A stretch of 63,798 nt of DNA, counting the filler, from Perkinsus chesapeaki ATCC PRA-425 (lineage: Eukaryota; Protista; Perkinsozoa), in assembly GCA_013115145.1 (NCBI GenBank). It is 11 parts of 11 records of this genome, joined end to end, with 100 filler letters (N's around TTAATTAATTAA, not from the genome) between each part and the next. Parts side by side here need not be neighbours in the genome. Positions count along the whole stretch, not along the records: positions 18,049 to 45,680 come from JAAPAO010000490.1; 10 more parts are not named here. One strand, written 5' to 3'. The notes below the pieces were generated by a model, which ran no database searches, was not told the DNA's origin, and worked only from the letters and a program-made list of their open reading frames with translations. Made by a program: the position numbers and the translations under genes. Positions 23,401-33,500 of this stretch are shown in pieces. Position 1 is the first letter of the stretch, and each line of letters starts with the position of its first letter.

Positions 23401-25220
23401 GGCAAGAACTGGTTAAGTCTACTCCACTACTTCCGCTCAGCCGACATGTTGACATCTCTTCTCCCGTTACCGTATGGTTTGATGCTTCTGACCAAATGGG
23501 AGCGATGGTGGCGGAACAAAACGGCTCTGTTATCTTCAGGCATCAGTGGCCGTGGTCTAGACAAGAAAGATCCTTACATATTAATGTACGTGAGCTCACA
23601 ACAGCTTACAATGCCCTCTGTGTTTTGGCCAATTTTGAAGTCGACTCCAAGCTACAGTTCAAGTCTGTTCTACTACGCGGCGACAACAAGACTGCTAATG
23701 CTGCTTTATCATCTGCGAAAGTGGCCTCTAATGGAAAACAATCTGTTCTCCTCCAACGAGTTGTCGATCTCATTCACTATTTGATGAAGTCGCGGCGTTT
23801 CGATGTTGAATTCACTCCTACCGAGCTCAACAAGGCCGATGCTGGTACTCGCTGTGATCTTCTTCTCGACATTATCACGGCCCGTGACACTTTAGATGGT
23901 TTTGCCCTAGTCCCACTGGCCGCGCCCGATATTGCCGAACCGGTCCACATATCAAGAATTGTTCGCAAGAGAGATGACAGTGACGACGACTTTAACCGCA
24001 AGAAGACTAAGCTCGATAAGCCAATAACTGTGCCTTTACAACCACTACCTTCTACTCCCTCTACTCCTTTCGATGTGGTACAACTACCTCCTGATCTATT
24101 ACACATCTACAGGTCCCTACCTCTATCACAAGATGGTAAACTACGTGAAGCTACCGACTCAGACTTTTTACTCTCCTGTGCTCGCTATTTACATAGCCTA
24201 CGTCATGGTGGTGCTCCTGAAATAACAACAACTCTCAAAGACTACTTCAAGCCAACCGGTATCAATATCGATGAACTAGCCAAGACTGCATCTCGAGATT
24301 GTATGTCCTGTTTGATGACGAAGACTAACCCCGGTGACAACATGCCCAAAAATGCAACACCCGATGTAATCAGGGTACCTGATTTCCCTTTTCAACTGGT
24401 CAATCTAGATGTTCTTGGACCATATATCACTGATCCTGCAACACGGCAAGGTAAATTCTACTCTATCAACTTGGTTGATCAACTCACCAACATCTTGCTG
24501 TGTTATCCCACTGTTAAAGCTCCTACTTCTGTGGATATTCAACGTGCCTGTAACCTACCTCATCGGATTTACAATCATGCTATCCGTACTATTCGTACTG
24601 ATAACGCCTCTACAATACATGCAGCCTCGAAGACTATGACCTCCGTCGACTTTCAGTTCGTTCCTAGGTCAGCCTCCTGGATGAATGGTCATGTAGCAGC
24701 CCGACATCGACTACTAAATCAAAGACTGCGACGTATATTCATGACTACTCCTTTCGTGGATGACGATAAGTGGCGAGAAGCTATACATCGAGCTGCTTAT
24801 GAAATCAACACAACCACAAATATGCTGGCCGACGGTTTATGTCCACTCGACATGCTCACTGAGACTCGCACTTCTCCCTTCGACAACAGTCACGTGGTCA
24901 CTATACCGACATCTAAGTGGACTATCTGGCGCAACTACAAGAAGGACTGTCGCCTCCGTGTCATTCAAGTTATGCAGAAGAATTCTCGCTATGGTGCTGG
25001 CATCTGTGTTGGTGACTTGGTACTAGTCCGTGCTGAAGACCTACGCCCAAAAACCATCCCTCCATGGCTTGCACAAGTTCATGTGGTTACTGAAGTTGAA
25101 GACAATCGGATACTATTGGAAAATGGCGTATGGCATTCGTCTGATAAGCTAAAGAAGCTTCCTGAGGAGATTCTTCCCAGATATCAACTACACCAAGATT
25201 CACAAATTCCACAGTTTTGA
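20403..25220 (+). CDS. Gag-Pol polyprotein, 1605 aa
   Basis: CCCH finger 21579-21638; protease IPDTGS 21741; RT LDVKDSY and YMDD 22983; RNase H FDAS/REL/GDN/NKAD; integrase H-H-CxxC, D 24408, D 24600; C-terminal VGDLVLV module. Confidence 0.95.
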   Translation: MALESTSVPAKALNMVENPGLTDDSTSTTELLQLVQLPTPSCLLYLERAELETIMTDKEVDIPNKVKYRQLFQRLRSQLRQTPTVSVPRNSVTSTHSTFTASTRPTSVSTLQPTQDDTINDKITNLHFWGIKPASSTSITSSPQIASTPFIPSTQLLNNAVSNLRIPDGREFSGFKDGRAINYVIMVARQECRQNNLDSHGCYLYLCRCLGQGPRLKLLDHLERQLPPEVFMSNYDVMFSAAIEFLQANYATTNDHDRVSRHLSTIKMASGRVSALEYLDDLETAISMGNSVGLYLQASQVLDYFKRGLTNHLRKVSNQQHSNIRDVSALAMALQYYQEANPLPATSSTPTTTTNNSTSNAESSTSSSSVSPTRIQRIEDPELIKLCKEKKICMAYLARQSCKNGDSCPYKHTTEISRMTTITDTAFTAGVTVLNCPSCVGFTIIPDTGSTMSLVSKKLADFIMNTIPAAHLQEFHATFDTATKSKSFCCDFRLQVDLPIHDGDKVHYLSWAPAVLDTSLIHSDGLLGMDVLRSFNQEGLLLQLDEDNKMLASKFFYSLPTSTSSPPPSTQPGPPEETSPAASTVPLSTSPESATSLPAPQHNPLPTPPTSTSSTSDKKPKHKDSVDYDIKNLLPTSPTFPPLDKGLAVDHVIYSNQWCRIITIKDSSDNIEFMVDYSNELLQLALQRQPPEATKVHYRLIKAEPRVRSEAQSRFDDLLTNGKATTTPVDSINNYASPWYPVEGRKRCRPVVPSIHSNQLLRQVQRYYPIRDCQTKISRVLNKYRSARKASLLDVKDSYRSIRLGKNAQKLSQVHVRGSTLTYLYMLDGCSINAKVLEWCVKHVLQELHQLPNFKHLAVSYMDDVLVLFFADTNTDQDIQLVIDHFAKFNMTLLAERLHGPSCNDTAILGSMIVDDGDSIIFPSAKYDKCINFDLTKPITYSSALSFLGLISQSWDLFGWHVLPCKNTLTALVSRERAVNKALWKKTIISKPTLQLLQRWQELVKSTPLLPLSRHVDISSPVTVWFDASDQMGAMVAEQNGSVIFRHQWPWSRQERSLHINVRELTTAYNALCVLANFEVDSKLQFKSVLLRGDNKTANAALSSAKVASNGKQSVLLQRVVDLIHYLMKSRRFDVEFTPTELNKADAGTRCDLLLDIITARDTLDGFALVPLAAPDIAEPVHISRIVRKRDDSDDDFNRKKTKLDKPITVPLQPLPSTPSTPFDVVQLPPDLLHIYRSLPLSQDGKLREATDSDFLLSCARYLHSLRHGGAPEITTTLKDYFKPTGINIDELAKTASRDCMSCLMTKTNPGDNMPKNATPDVIRVPDFPFQLVNLDVLGPYITDPATRQGKFYSINLVDQLTNILLCYPTVKAPTSVDIQRACNLPHRIYNHAIRTIRTDNASTIHAASKTMTSVDFQFVPRSASWMNGHVAARHRLLNQRLRRIFMTTPFVDDDKWREAIHRAAYEINTTTNMLADGLCPLDMLTETRTSPFDNSHVVTIPTSKWTIWRNYKKDCRLRVIQVMQKNSRYGAGICVGDLVLVRAEDLRPKTIPPWLAQVHVVTEVEDNRILLENGVWHSSDKLKKLPEEILPRYQLHQDSQIPQF
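20446..20463 (+). promoter_or_regulatory. Primer-binding site TGGTGGAGAACCCTGGAC, probably tRNA-Ala
   Basis: Directly after the LTR; reverse complement reads as a tRNA 3' end with C61, U70, A73 and CCA. Confidence 0.75.
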
Positions 25221-25253
25221 TTGATGATATACTGTATATATCTCGGGGCGTCG

Positions 25254-25416
25254 TGTTTGCGTTGTTGCACAAATACGCGCTGCGCACAAGTATCTTTGTT
25301 GAAACCGTTGAAAGATTCCCGTGCATGATATATAAACCAATTAAACCCAACTACTTTTTCTACTCTTTAACTTATGGCTCTTGAGTCGACCAGTGTCCCA
25401 GCCAAGGCTCTGAACA
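25254..25416 (+). repeat. 3' LTR (163 bp)
   Basis: Direct repeat of the 5' LTR, followed by the TSD. Confidence 0.96.
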
Positions 25417-26122
25417 AGGCCCTCCACCATCAGCTAGCTCAGACCTAGTACGTCTGTCACCGAAAAACCGTGTTCATCTGTCACACCACAGTGCAACCTG
25501 ATGTTGACCTTGCATGTTACATGGATTGCACCACCACACTGAGATGACCACAATATTTGTACTATGAGATGGGAGCAGTTCATCGCGAGGATAGCATTTC
25601 ATGCCTGAGTTGCAGGATTATTTCCAACGATCCTTTGGTAAGAGCAATTGACTACAGGAATGGCAAGGTTTTCTCCTTGTAAATCACTATGGTCCCTCTC
25701 CGGGCATACGAGAGAGCGATGACCTTCTCGAGGTGTCTCAGGAATTTTGGTCAGAGCTCCCGGGCATGTAACGTTAGCTAGAGCGGGTTCTATCGGCCCT
25801 GACTGATAAACAAGGGTGTGCTGGTAAGGCATCTGGCTCAAGTCTTGAAAAATGAAGACGAATCCAGCAATAAGGCTAGGCCTTGAGAGCCTATTGAACG
25901 AACTGGAGCTCGCAATAGGATTTTTATTAGTTGCTTAGTTGTTAGTAGTTGCGGTTTGGAAGAACTATAGAAGTGCATCCAATCCTCCACATTGGAAGAT
26001 CCATTGCTTCTCTACTATCAGTAAGGTGCTGTATAGTTCTCTATCTTGCAACCTTACCCCCGAAGAACACAGAACAACTGGAATCCAACGCAGCAAGTAG
26101 CGAGGAAAACGAGCAGGCGTGT

Positions 26123-28493
26123 TCATGTGTTCATGGTGATATCCTCGGCCGGCGCTTGTCGGACTGGGGTCCAAGCCTTCACAGTTATGAAAAGACCTAT
26201 CCCACTGGCCTGACATAAAGCGATCCATCTGATTGCCTGCAGTGGTTCCTGCACCTCCCTGCTATCAGACTCCTTCCAGAAAGGCACGCGGGTCTTGCCA
26301 GTGGACACAGCAAAGTGACCCGCTGCTATATGCCTCTCCATCTGAACACAACAGTTGTCTCCTAACACTACTCAAATTCAAGGGGTTTGCTACCTGGTTT
26401 TTCCTTTCTGGCTGTTCGGTTGTCTCCTCTTGTTCGGGAATGTCCGAGGATTCCTCCTTTGATGGATCCGCTTCTGGTGGATGCTCATCAGGCTCGTCGA
26501 ATTCGGGGATGCTTTCTTCCACCTTGAAAAGATCTGTGCCACGGCCCGCGCTGACAGGGCCCTTACCCTTGGTGGTATGAATAACTCAGATTCTGAGAGA
26601 TCGGCGATGCCTGCGAGAATTAAAGTAGCAGGCTGCTCTTCTTCAGAAGGCGGAGGGTCAGCGACGACGCGGTGGAGCTCGAAAGGGATGCCATTGACCA
26701 AGAGCCTAGCAAGTGGCATACCCCAGCTGAAGGGTGCGGTCTCACCAGTTCCATATGGCCAACTCGTCGAAGGCCTCATGCACGACATTGATGCTAACGG
26801 GAAGTTCCTCGCCGACAACAGGCCAAATCGGAGGCGCTTCCTGATGCACGCAAACTAATCCTTCACAAATGATGGTAGATGTTCCCACTGTCACAGGATG
26901 GTTTTCCTCGGCATCCTCTGGGTCTGGCTTCTCGCTTTCCTCCTTCGGCGGTGGTGGCCCCCGCAAGAACACAGGACTTTTCATCTCGTTCCCTGCCAGC
27001 AGCGAGAGCCCTTATCTAGCAACGCTTAGTTCTTCACCTCGATTGTCTTTCATGGTGATGACATATTCGCCCTCGCCGACGAGGGAATACGGTATACCTT
27101 CAAAGGCTTCCATCACGACCTCGAGTGTGAATTCTGAAGCACAGGTTTCTCAAGTAGAATCACTCCAGCTGTATTATTCTAGCCAGGAGCAGCAGCAGGA
27201 TCGATTACTTGTAGTCAGAGCGTCCGCGCAGTCGCTCGGCAGTGCGGCAGCAACTGTACGTTCCTCCTCGGTGACAGGGACGTCATCGATGGTTTGAAGC
27301 TTGGCTGCTGCTAACTCAATGACCGTAGGTCGCATTTTACTCAGTCGCTTACCGAGGATCCCGGTAAGTTGTAATCGGTAGGCTGGAGTTAGTGCGCACG
27401 GGTTGCCCTGGAGCAGAAGCCGACGGAAGTCGGTGAAGCCGGTGAACTCCGTCCCTAGGTCCCGCAGCCGACAAAGTCTGTTGTAGCTGAAGAGGGCACA
27501 CTTTCGAAAGAATGCTCGCGGTGGTGGTCACCTCATATCCAAGCTGAGGAGATTAGGGAATCTACTGGCGATGCCGCGAAGGTCATCAACATCATTATAA
27601 GCCAGCCCGAGGTGTCGCAGACTAGGCAGCTCTGGGCCCTCCAATGAAGCTATCTCGTTGTTTCGCGCGTGGAGTATCTCGAGATTTGGGGGCAATATAG
27701 CAATGGACTTGAGGCAGTTTGAGTCTAGTGAGAGTTGTTTCAAGGCCGTGAACTTGGTGGTGCGTTCTGAGATTGCCCTGTGCACCTTTCAGGCTCGGCG
27801 AGGCTACCGTCGAGGTGTGATATCACTCTCTCGTTGACACTGAGGTCCGTGAAAAACTGTCCGAGCACAAAGGATTCTGCTCGGACGTTTGGATGCAGAC
27901 AGGAGCCGACTGCAGCAACGACTCGAACGAAGTCCAGCGAGTTGGCTGACCACTCCATGGCGCCGGGCTCCATCACCCCGATCCCTAAGCCGAGGAGATG
28001 TTGGGTAGTGAGCGCTGTGCTCTGCGTTACTTTCCATGGCCTCGCTCTCTTTGGTGCATTCCCGATCGACGTCGAGTCTAAGAGACTTCCTAATGTCCCT
28101 TGCTAACTCTTCCTCGTTGTGTACCTATTGCGTGAACTACCAAACTGGTGGCAGTCAGTATCGATTGGCACTTTGACCATTGGGGCGCATCATGCAGAAT
28201 TTTAACGACGCAATGGCAGAGATGGTATGAGATAACTTATCTCAGATAGGTCGTCCCCCCAATCACGATTTCGGTCCGGACCTCGCCTATCGTATATTCG
28301 CTCAATACTCCAGCCGCTTGCTTTACAATCCAGGTTGTTCAAATGCGAAGGTATTATCTTGGCCGCGGTGAAAAGATATTTCCCAACTCACCATTCCCTC
28401 AGCGATGTCAACACCTGTCCTATCCCTCAGCAGCCACCTGAAGGCCTCGAAGAGACTCAACTCACCGGCAGTAGATGACTTAGTCATAACCAT
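26123..28493 (-). CDS. LRRC43: Leucine-rich repeat protein, LRRC43-like (multi-exon)
   Basis: KFTALKQLSLDSN..ILPPNLEILHARNNEIASL..LRHLGLAYN..FPNLLSLD and LRR cap RLLLQGNPCALTPAYRL follow the LRRC43 pattern as I recall it; acidic C-terminal half; start and end approximate. Confidence 0.65.
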
Positions 28494-28660
28494 AGTGACG
28501 ACACAAGGTTGACGTCCGATGAATCTTGCCTCACTCGATCAATCTTGCTCTTCCTCAACGGAAGCGAAGCCCGCCACGCGCAAGATCGTGAAGTCTTGCC
28601 ATGTGAAGTGCCTCAATCTCGTGCAGGCATTGTGATTGTCTCTTAGGTTACAGTGTCTCT

Positions 28661-30004
28661 ATGCCCGTGATCGCCAAGGAGAGTTTCGGCTCTCCCGTTC
28701 CCTACGCTGAGCCCAGCTGGTACACCAAGGGTTACAGCAGCCCTTACTACACCCAATCGCACATTCAGTGGCGAGCAAGGTGCCGTAGGTTCGTGGAGGA
28801 TGAGGTCTTGCCAAATGTCAGCGAGTGGGAGAAAGAGAAGGCTATTCCTCTCGAGATCTACGCCAAATGCTACAGGGCAGGTCTCTTGCCCAGTCTGGTT
28901 GGTCCTAAAGGCTACGACTACGCCGATCCTGCGGTGGCTTCTAAACCCGAGGGCTTCAACTACTTCCATGAGCTCATTCTCATCGACGAGCTTAGTAGAT
29001 GTGGCTCTGGTGGCGTCATGTGGGGTATGATGGGTGGCCTCAATATTGGCCTGCCGACTGTCCTCAACTTTGGCACTGCGGAGATGAAGGCCAGAGTGGC
29101 TCCACCGTGTGTTAGAGGCGAGAAGAATATCTGTTTGTGCATCACAGAGCCCCATGCCGGCAGTGACGTGGCCAGCATAAGGACCACGGCCAAGCTCACT
29201 CCTGATGGCAAACACTACATCGTTAACGGTCAGAAGAAGTGGATCACCAATGGTATCTTCTCCGATTACTTTTCAGTGGCCGTCCGCACTGGTGGCCCTG
29301 GGATGAAGGGTATATCGATGCTGCTTGTCGAGAGAGGTATGCCCGGCCTTAAAACAACAAGGCTGGACTGCCAAGGTGTCTGGTCCAGTGGCACTACCTT
29401 CGTTGAGTTTGATGACGTCAAGGTGCCTGTGGAGAATCTTATTGGTAAAGAGAACGAGGGCTTCAAGGTCATCATGTACAACTTCAACCACGAGCGTTGG
29501 GGCCTCATCATCCAGGCTGTCCGCTTTTCCCGGCTTCTCTATGAAATCTCCTTCAAATATGCCCAGAAGAGGAAAACATTCGGCAAGACGTTGATAGAGC
29601 ATCCGGTGATACGGTGGAAGCTTGCTGAGATGTCGAGGCAGGTCGAAGGCACCAGTCACTGGCTGGAGAACGTCACCCATCAGATGAGCACAATGCCATG
29701 GGAACAAAGCATGGATGCTCTTGGAGGCACCATAGCTTTGATGAAAGCGCATAGCACCAAGGTGAGCTCAAAAATATCTTATTGATCGTGTAGATTTTTT
29801 CAGGTATTCGAGTACTGTGCTCGAGAGGCAGCTCAGATCTTCGGCGGCAATGCCTACACCAGGAGTGGTCTGGGGGAGGTGGTGGAGCGCCTTTACCGTG
29901 ACGTCCGTGCCTTGGCTATTCCTGGTGGGTCTGAGGAGATCCTGCTCGACCTCGGCATCAGGCAGGCTGATAGACAGTACAAGAAGGCTGGTAGCAAGAT
30001 GTGA
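28661..30004 (+). CDS. Acyl-CoA dehydrogenase (2 exons, intron about 29762-29802)
   Basis: CLCITEPHAGSDVA, YIVNGQKKWITNG, FNHERW, QIFGGNAY, RALAIPGGSEEI; TGA ends at 30004. Confidence 0.95.
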
Positions 30005-30538
30005 TGCTGGCCTTTGAGATTTGTTCGTAGCGTCGTTCGTATCCATTTTTCACAATTTTTTACTGTAGAACAATGGTTTGTGTTGATATAGTTGTAAGTG
30101 GCGACCAGAGGAGTGCAACAGCCGAGGGAGTTGTGATTAATGCCGGGATCGTATCTTCGACGGTTAAGAGTGACAGACCAGTTCTCAGCGGTGGGATGTG
30201 GTGTGGTGATGAAAGATCCTTGGGAGGTTAAGAACGGCGCGACACTGGAGAGCGCGTCCCTGCGAATCGGAGTGATAAAGTATTTCACTGTTAAGTGGCG
30301 AAGGTAGCACTGCATGGGCTGGAATAAGGATGACCGTTGGGTCTGGAATTATGGACCGTCTCTGGTCAATGATTCCATCCGCATTTCCTTACATGCTTCC
30401 TAAAGATTACCCTCTTTTGGTGCCGTGCGTTAATTCCCCTTGCCCGGGGCACTCTTCATCAATTTCTGTGGTGTTAGAGAGATTCGCTCGGCCACCACCT
30501 CTAGCTCCTCACGTATCAAAACAAGCTTACTTGCCATC

Positions 30539-33500
30539 ATGGCTTGTAGATACTATGTTCAATTCATCGACGCCAGTGCCCCTGACCTGGAAGCTCTTCG
30601 ACCGCAGAAGCTGCCATCCTTACGGGACGCAAAGGAGCTGGCGGAGTCCCTGGCAATATCCCTGGTACACGGTGATGTGCAGCTGTCGAGGAGTGCTACT
30701 GATAGGCATTGGGTGGATCCGGAGGAGCTTGAGATTTATGTAGTATATCCGGGTTTCGGGTTTCGGGTTTTCAGAACATATCCTAGGTCCTGTCGGACAT
30801 GAAAGTGTGGGAGCGACCAGATGAGCTGCATCAGCGGCATCAGACAGCGGCATCCCAGTTCTCGGGTGAGGAGTGCAAAAGTTGGTATGCATGTAGCATA
30901 TGCGGATACCGAGTACCGGAGGGGAGCATCCAGTGGGCTGCTACAAAGGACGAATCAAGGGGAGGAAGCCCGTCTAGTCCGACAGGCATGGATAGGAAAC
31001 TGGTAGTAGGAGAGGCAATATTAAACGGAAAGGAGGCTTCGTACCGACTTTTCCACGGAAAAACAAATTCTGAATCCTGTAGCTGCTCAAAATTATAGCT
31101 CTATTTTAGCTCATTTCCTTTCACGGAGACGCTCTTCGCCTAGGTGATTTATGCTTCTTCTTGGTTTCAGTCACCAAAGTCGTGCTGCCCCACACCAGAG
31201 GCAGAGGACGACCGTCAGAAGGCTCTACAGCGGTTCCACAGCGCTCTTGGAGCAGCTGCAGCAACAGCCGCCACCTCCGAGGAGGAGGAGAAGGACACCG
31301 TCATGCGAGGGGCCACCGACAAGGGCTCCCGCGCTGATGAGCTCAAGCTTGTACCGGTCGATGAGCGGATGAAGGCAGAATCGGAGGACCAGTACCAGAA
31401 GGAAGGGAAGCGGTCGGTGGCGCCGCTGCAGTGCTCCAACTGCCGGAATGTCTTCCATGGAGATTGCCTACTTACCCACGAGAAACTGATGCCACCGGAT
31501 GGTATGGACGAACAGCTTCAATTCCGCAATCTAGACACGTAGGGTCGGGGTTTGCATGGGTAGTGTGCATGGTAGTGGGGATTTAGATATATGCAAGGCG
31601 TTGCTACAGCTGTACCGGAGCTATTACCCAAGGGCTGCCATGAGCTACATGCTTTCTCGAGGTAGTAAGGAGATGTCTTGTCAAGTTCGCGCTGGTAGGG
31701 ATTACTGTACGGGGTAGATAATGCTACGATCTATTCTGACCTTTCCGGCTTCGTCGGTCTATAGCCATGAGCCTTTAGTGCCGTATCTACGTCTTAGGTA
31801 CGAAAGTCAGTCTCCCAAGGCACTGTGAATGGCCGGCAATCTCCTTGCCTTCTATCAGGCCCAAGTTGGAGCGTCCCCGAGCAGAGCTGTCCTATAGATC
31901 TACAGAATCCGGCAACTTCCTTTGTCCAGATTGCCGACTCTGTCAGTAAGCTACCATCATCCCAATGTCACATCTACATCCACTCAAAGGTATTGCAGTG
32001 AACCTCTGGGCACGTACCCGACCAACTGGGACAAGCTGCCGCTGGTGAAGCTCTTTGGCTGTCTCGAGGTAAATACTTCTACTATGACACCTGGTGACCT
32101 TCTGTTCCCTAGTTGGCTGTGGTGTGCCATGGGTGCAATGTGAGTGCTCATGGTACATGTTGCTTTCCCATAGTGGCGCCGAGTCTCCTCCCAGGAACAA
32201 CATGGAGATGCGAGGACTGCCGTCAATGTAAGGTTACGTTCCATGAGGCTTCGGTCTCGATACGAGGGAATGCATAGCCACCGTTGGGCGATACGAGGGA
32301 ATGCATAGCCACCGTTGGGCGATACGAGGGAATGCATAGCCACCGTTGGGCGATGCGCTCAATAATATAAGTTCGTGGTTTTGCTTGAAGCCTCATTCGA
32401 TCCCTTCTATACAGCCCAGTATGAATAGTGGCATTCATCATACGCTTCCCAGTATAACACCGCCAGTAGAATGGACAAACCTTTATAATGAACTCAAATA
32501 ATATCATCGGCTATGAATCATAGGTAAAGTGGATCATAGCCTATCATCCAGTCTACCTACTCCTTGAAAACTCAATGTCATCATGCAGCCACCTCATTAG
32601 TCTGCTCTCTCTGATGCCCGAACCTTTGCTTTTAGGCAACAGTTGCGGCCGACGGACCTACTGGGATCCCGCTGCCCAGGAGCCGACATCCAACGGCACC
32701 AACGTCTGGAGTATCACATTTGACACTTGCAAGGCCTGCTGGGCCGGATTCGACGCGAACGAGTAGCCCCGGTGTTGGCCGGTGCGCTCTTCAAGGCAGG
32801 CACGTGGCAGGTACTGCCCCGTGTGCCTCCGAGCATGGTCTACCGTATGGTGTGATGATATGGTACAGTGCGATGGATGTGAGTTCTGGGTGCATGCCAA
32901 ATGTGACAACTTCACCTGTAAAGAACAATTCACGGAGCTCACCGACAAAGACGTGAAGTAGCCTCCTTTCCTCCGCTCGACACCAGACCTCAGGTGTCGT
33001 CCAGATACTTCTGTCCCATCTGTCGAGACACAGCGTCCAAGTCCAAGTATATTAGGGCGCTGGATCTGCTAAAGGTGGGGTGGAGGGTAGGTGGGGGTGC
33101 CATCACGGTGGGCTGCTGTCAGGCATTGGACAAGTCACACCTGTTCAGCGAGCCGGTGAACTCGGCATTTGCGCCGTTGTATTTGAGGGTCGTAAAGAAG
33201 CCTATGAACCTTCGGAAGATGCGACAGAAGGCCGAGGCCCACATGTGACCGAATCGGTGCTTTTTTGTGCTCACAGTGTTTGCGCGGCCAGGTACCCCTC
33301 CGTCCAGGACTTCGTTGATGACTTTGACCAAATCATAACCAACGCTAAACTTTTTAACATGCCTAATACACAGACATATAAGATCGCAGAGCAATTCGAG
33401 AAAAACGGTCGGCTGGTGCTGGAGCGGTATCTGCTGAAAGTCGCCGGGGCAGCTGGCGTGGCGAAAATCGTCAACGAATCGGTAGGCCCGGCAGCCTGTA

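Larger units (their letters stand above)
20283..25416 (+). mobile_element. Full-length LTR retrotransposon (Gag-PR-RT-RH-IN order) with 5-bp TSD AGGCC
   Basis: Two 163-bp direct repeats TGTT...AACA, TSD at 20278-20282 and 25417-25421, PBS, uninterrupted polyprotein. Confidence 0.97.

Noticed and set aside
25830-25842. CATCTGGCTCAAG matches the 3' 13 nt of the short Perkinsus spliced leader as I recall it
   Set aside because: The 5' part does not match, no GT donor or Sm site follows, no plus-strand gene lies downstream, and it overlaps a minus-strand coding-like frame; probably chance. ACCGTAGCC at about 56629 is likewise only a 9-nt match.
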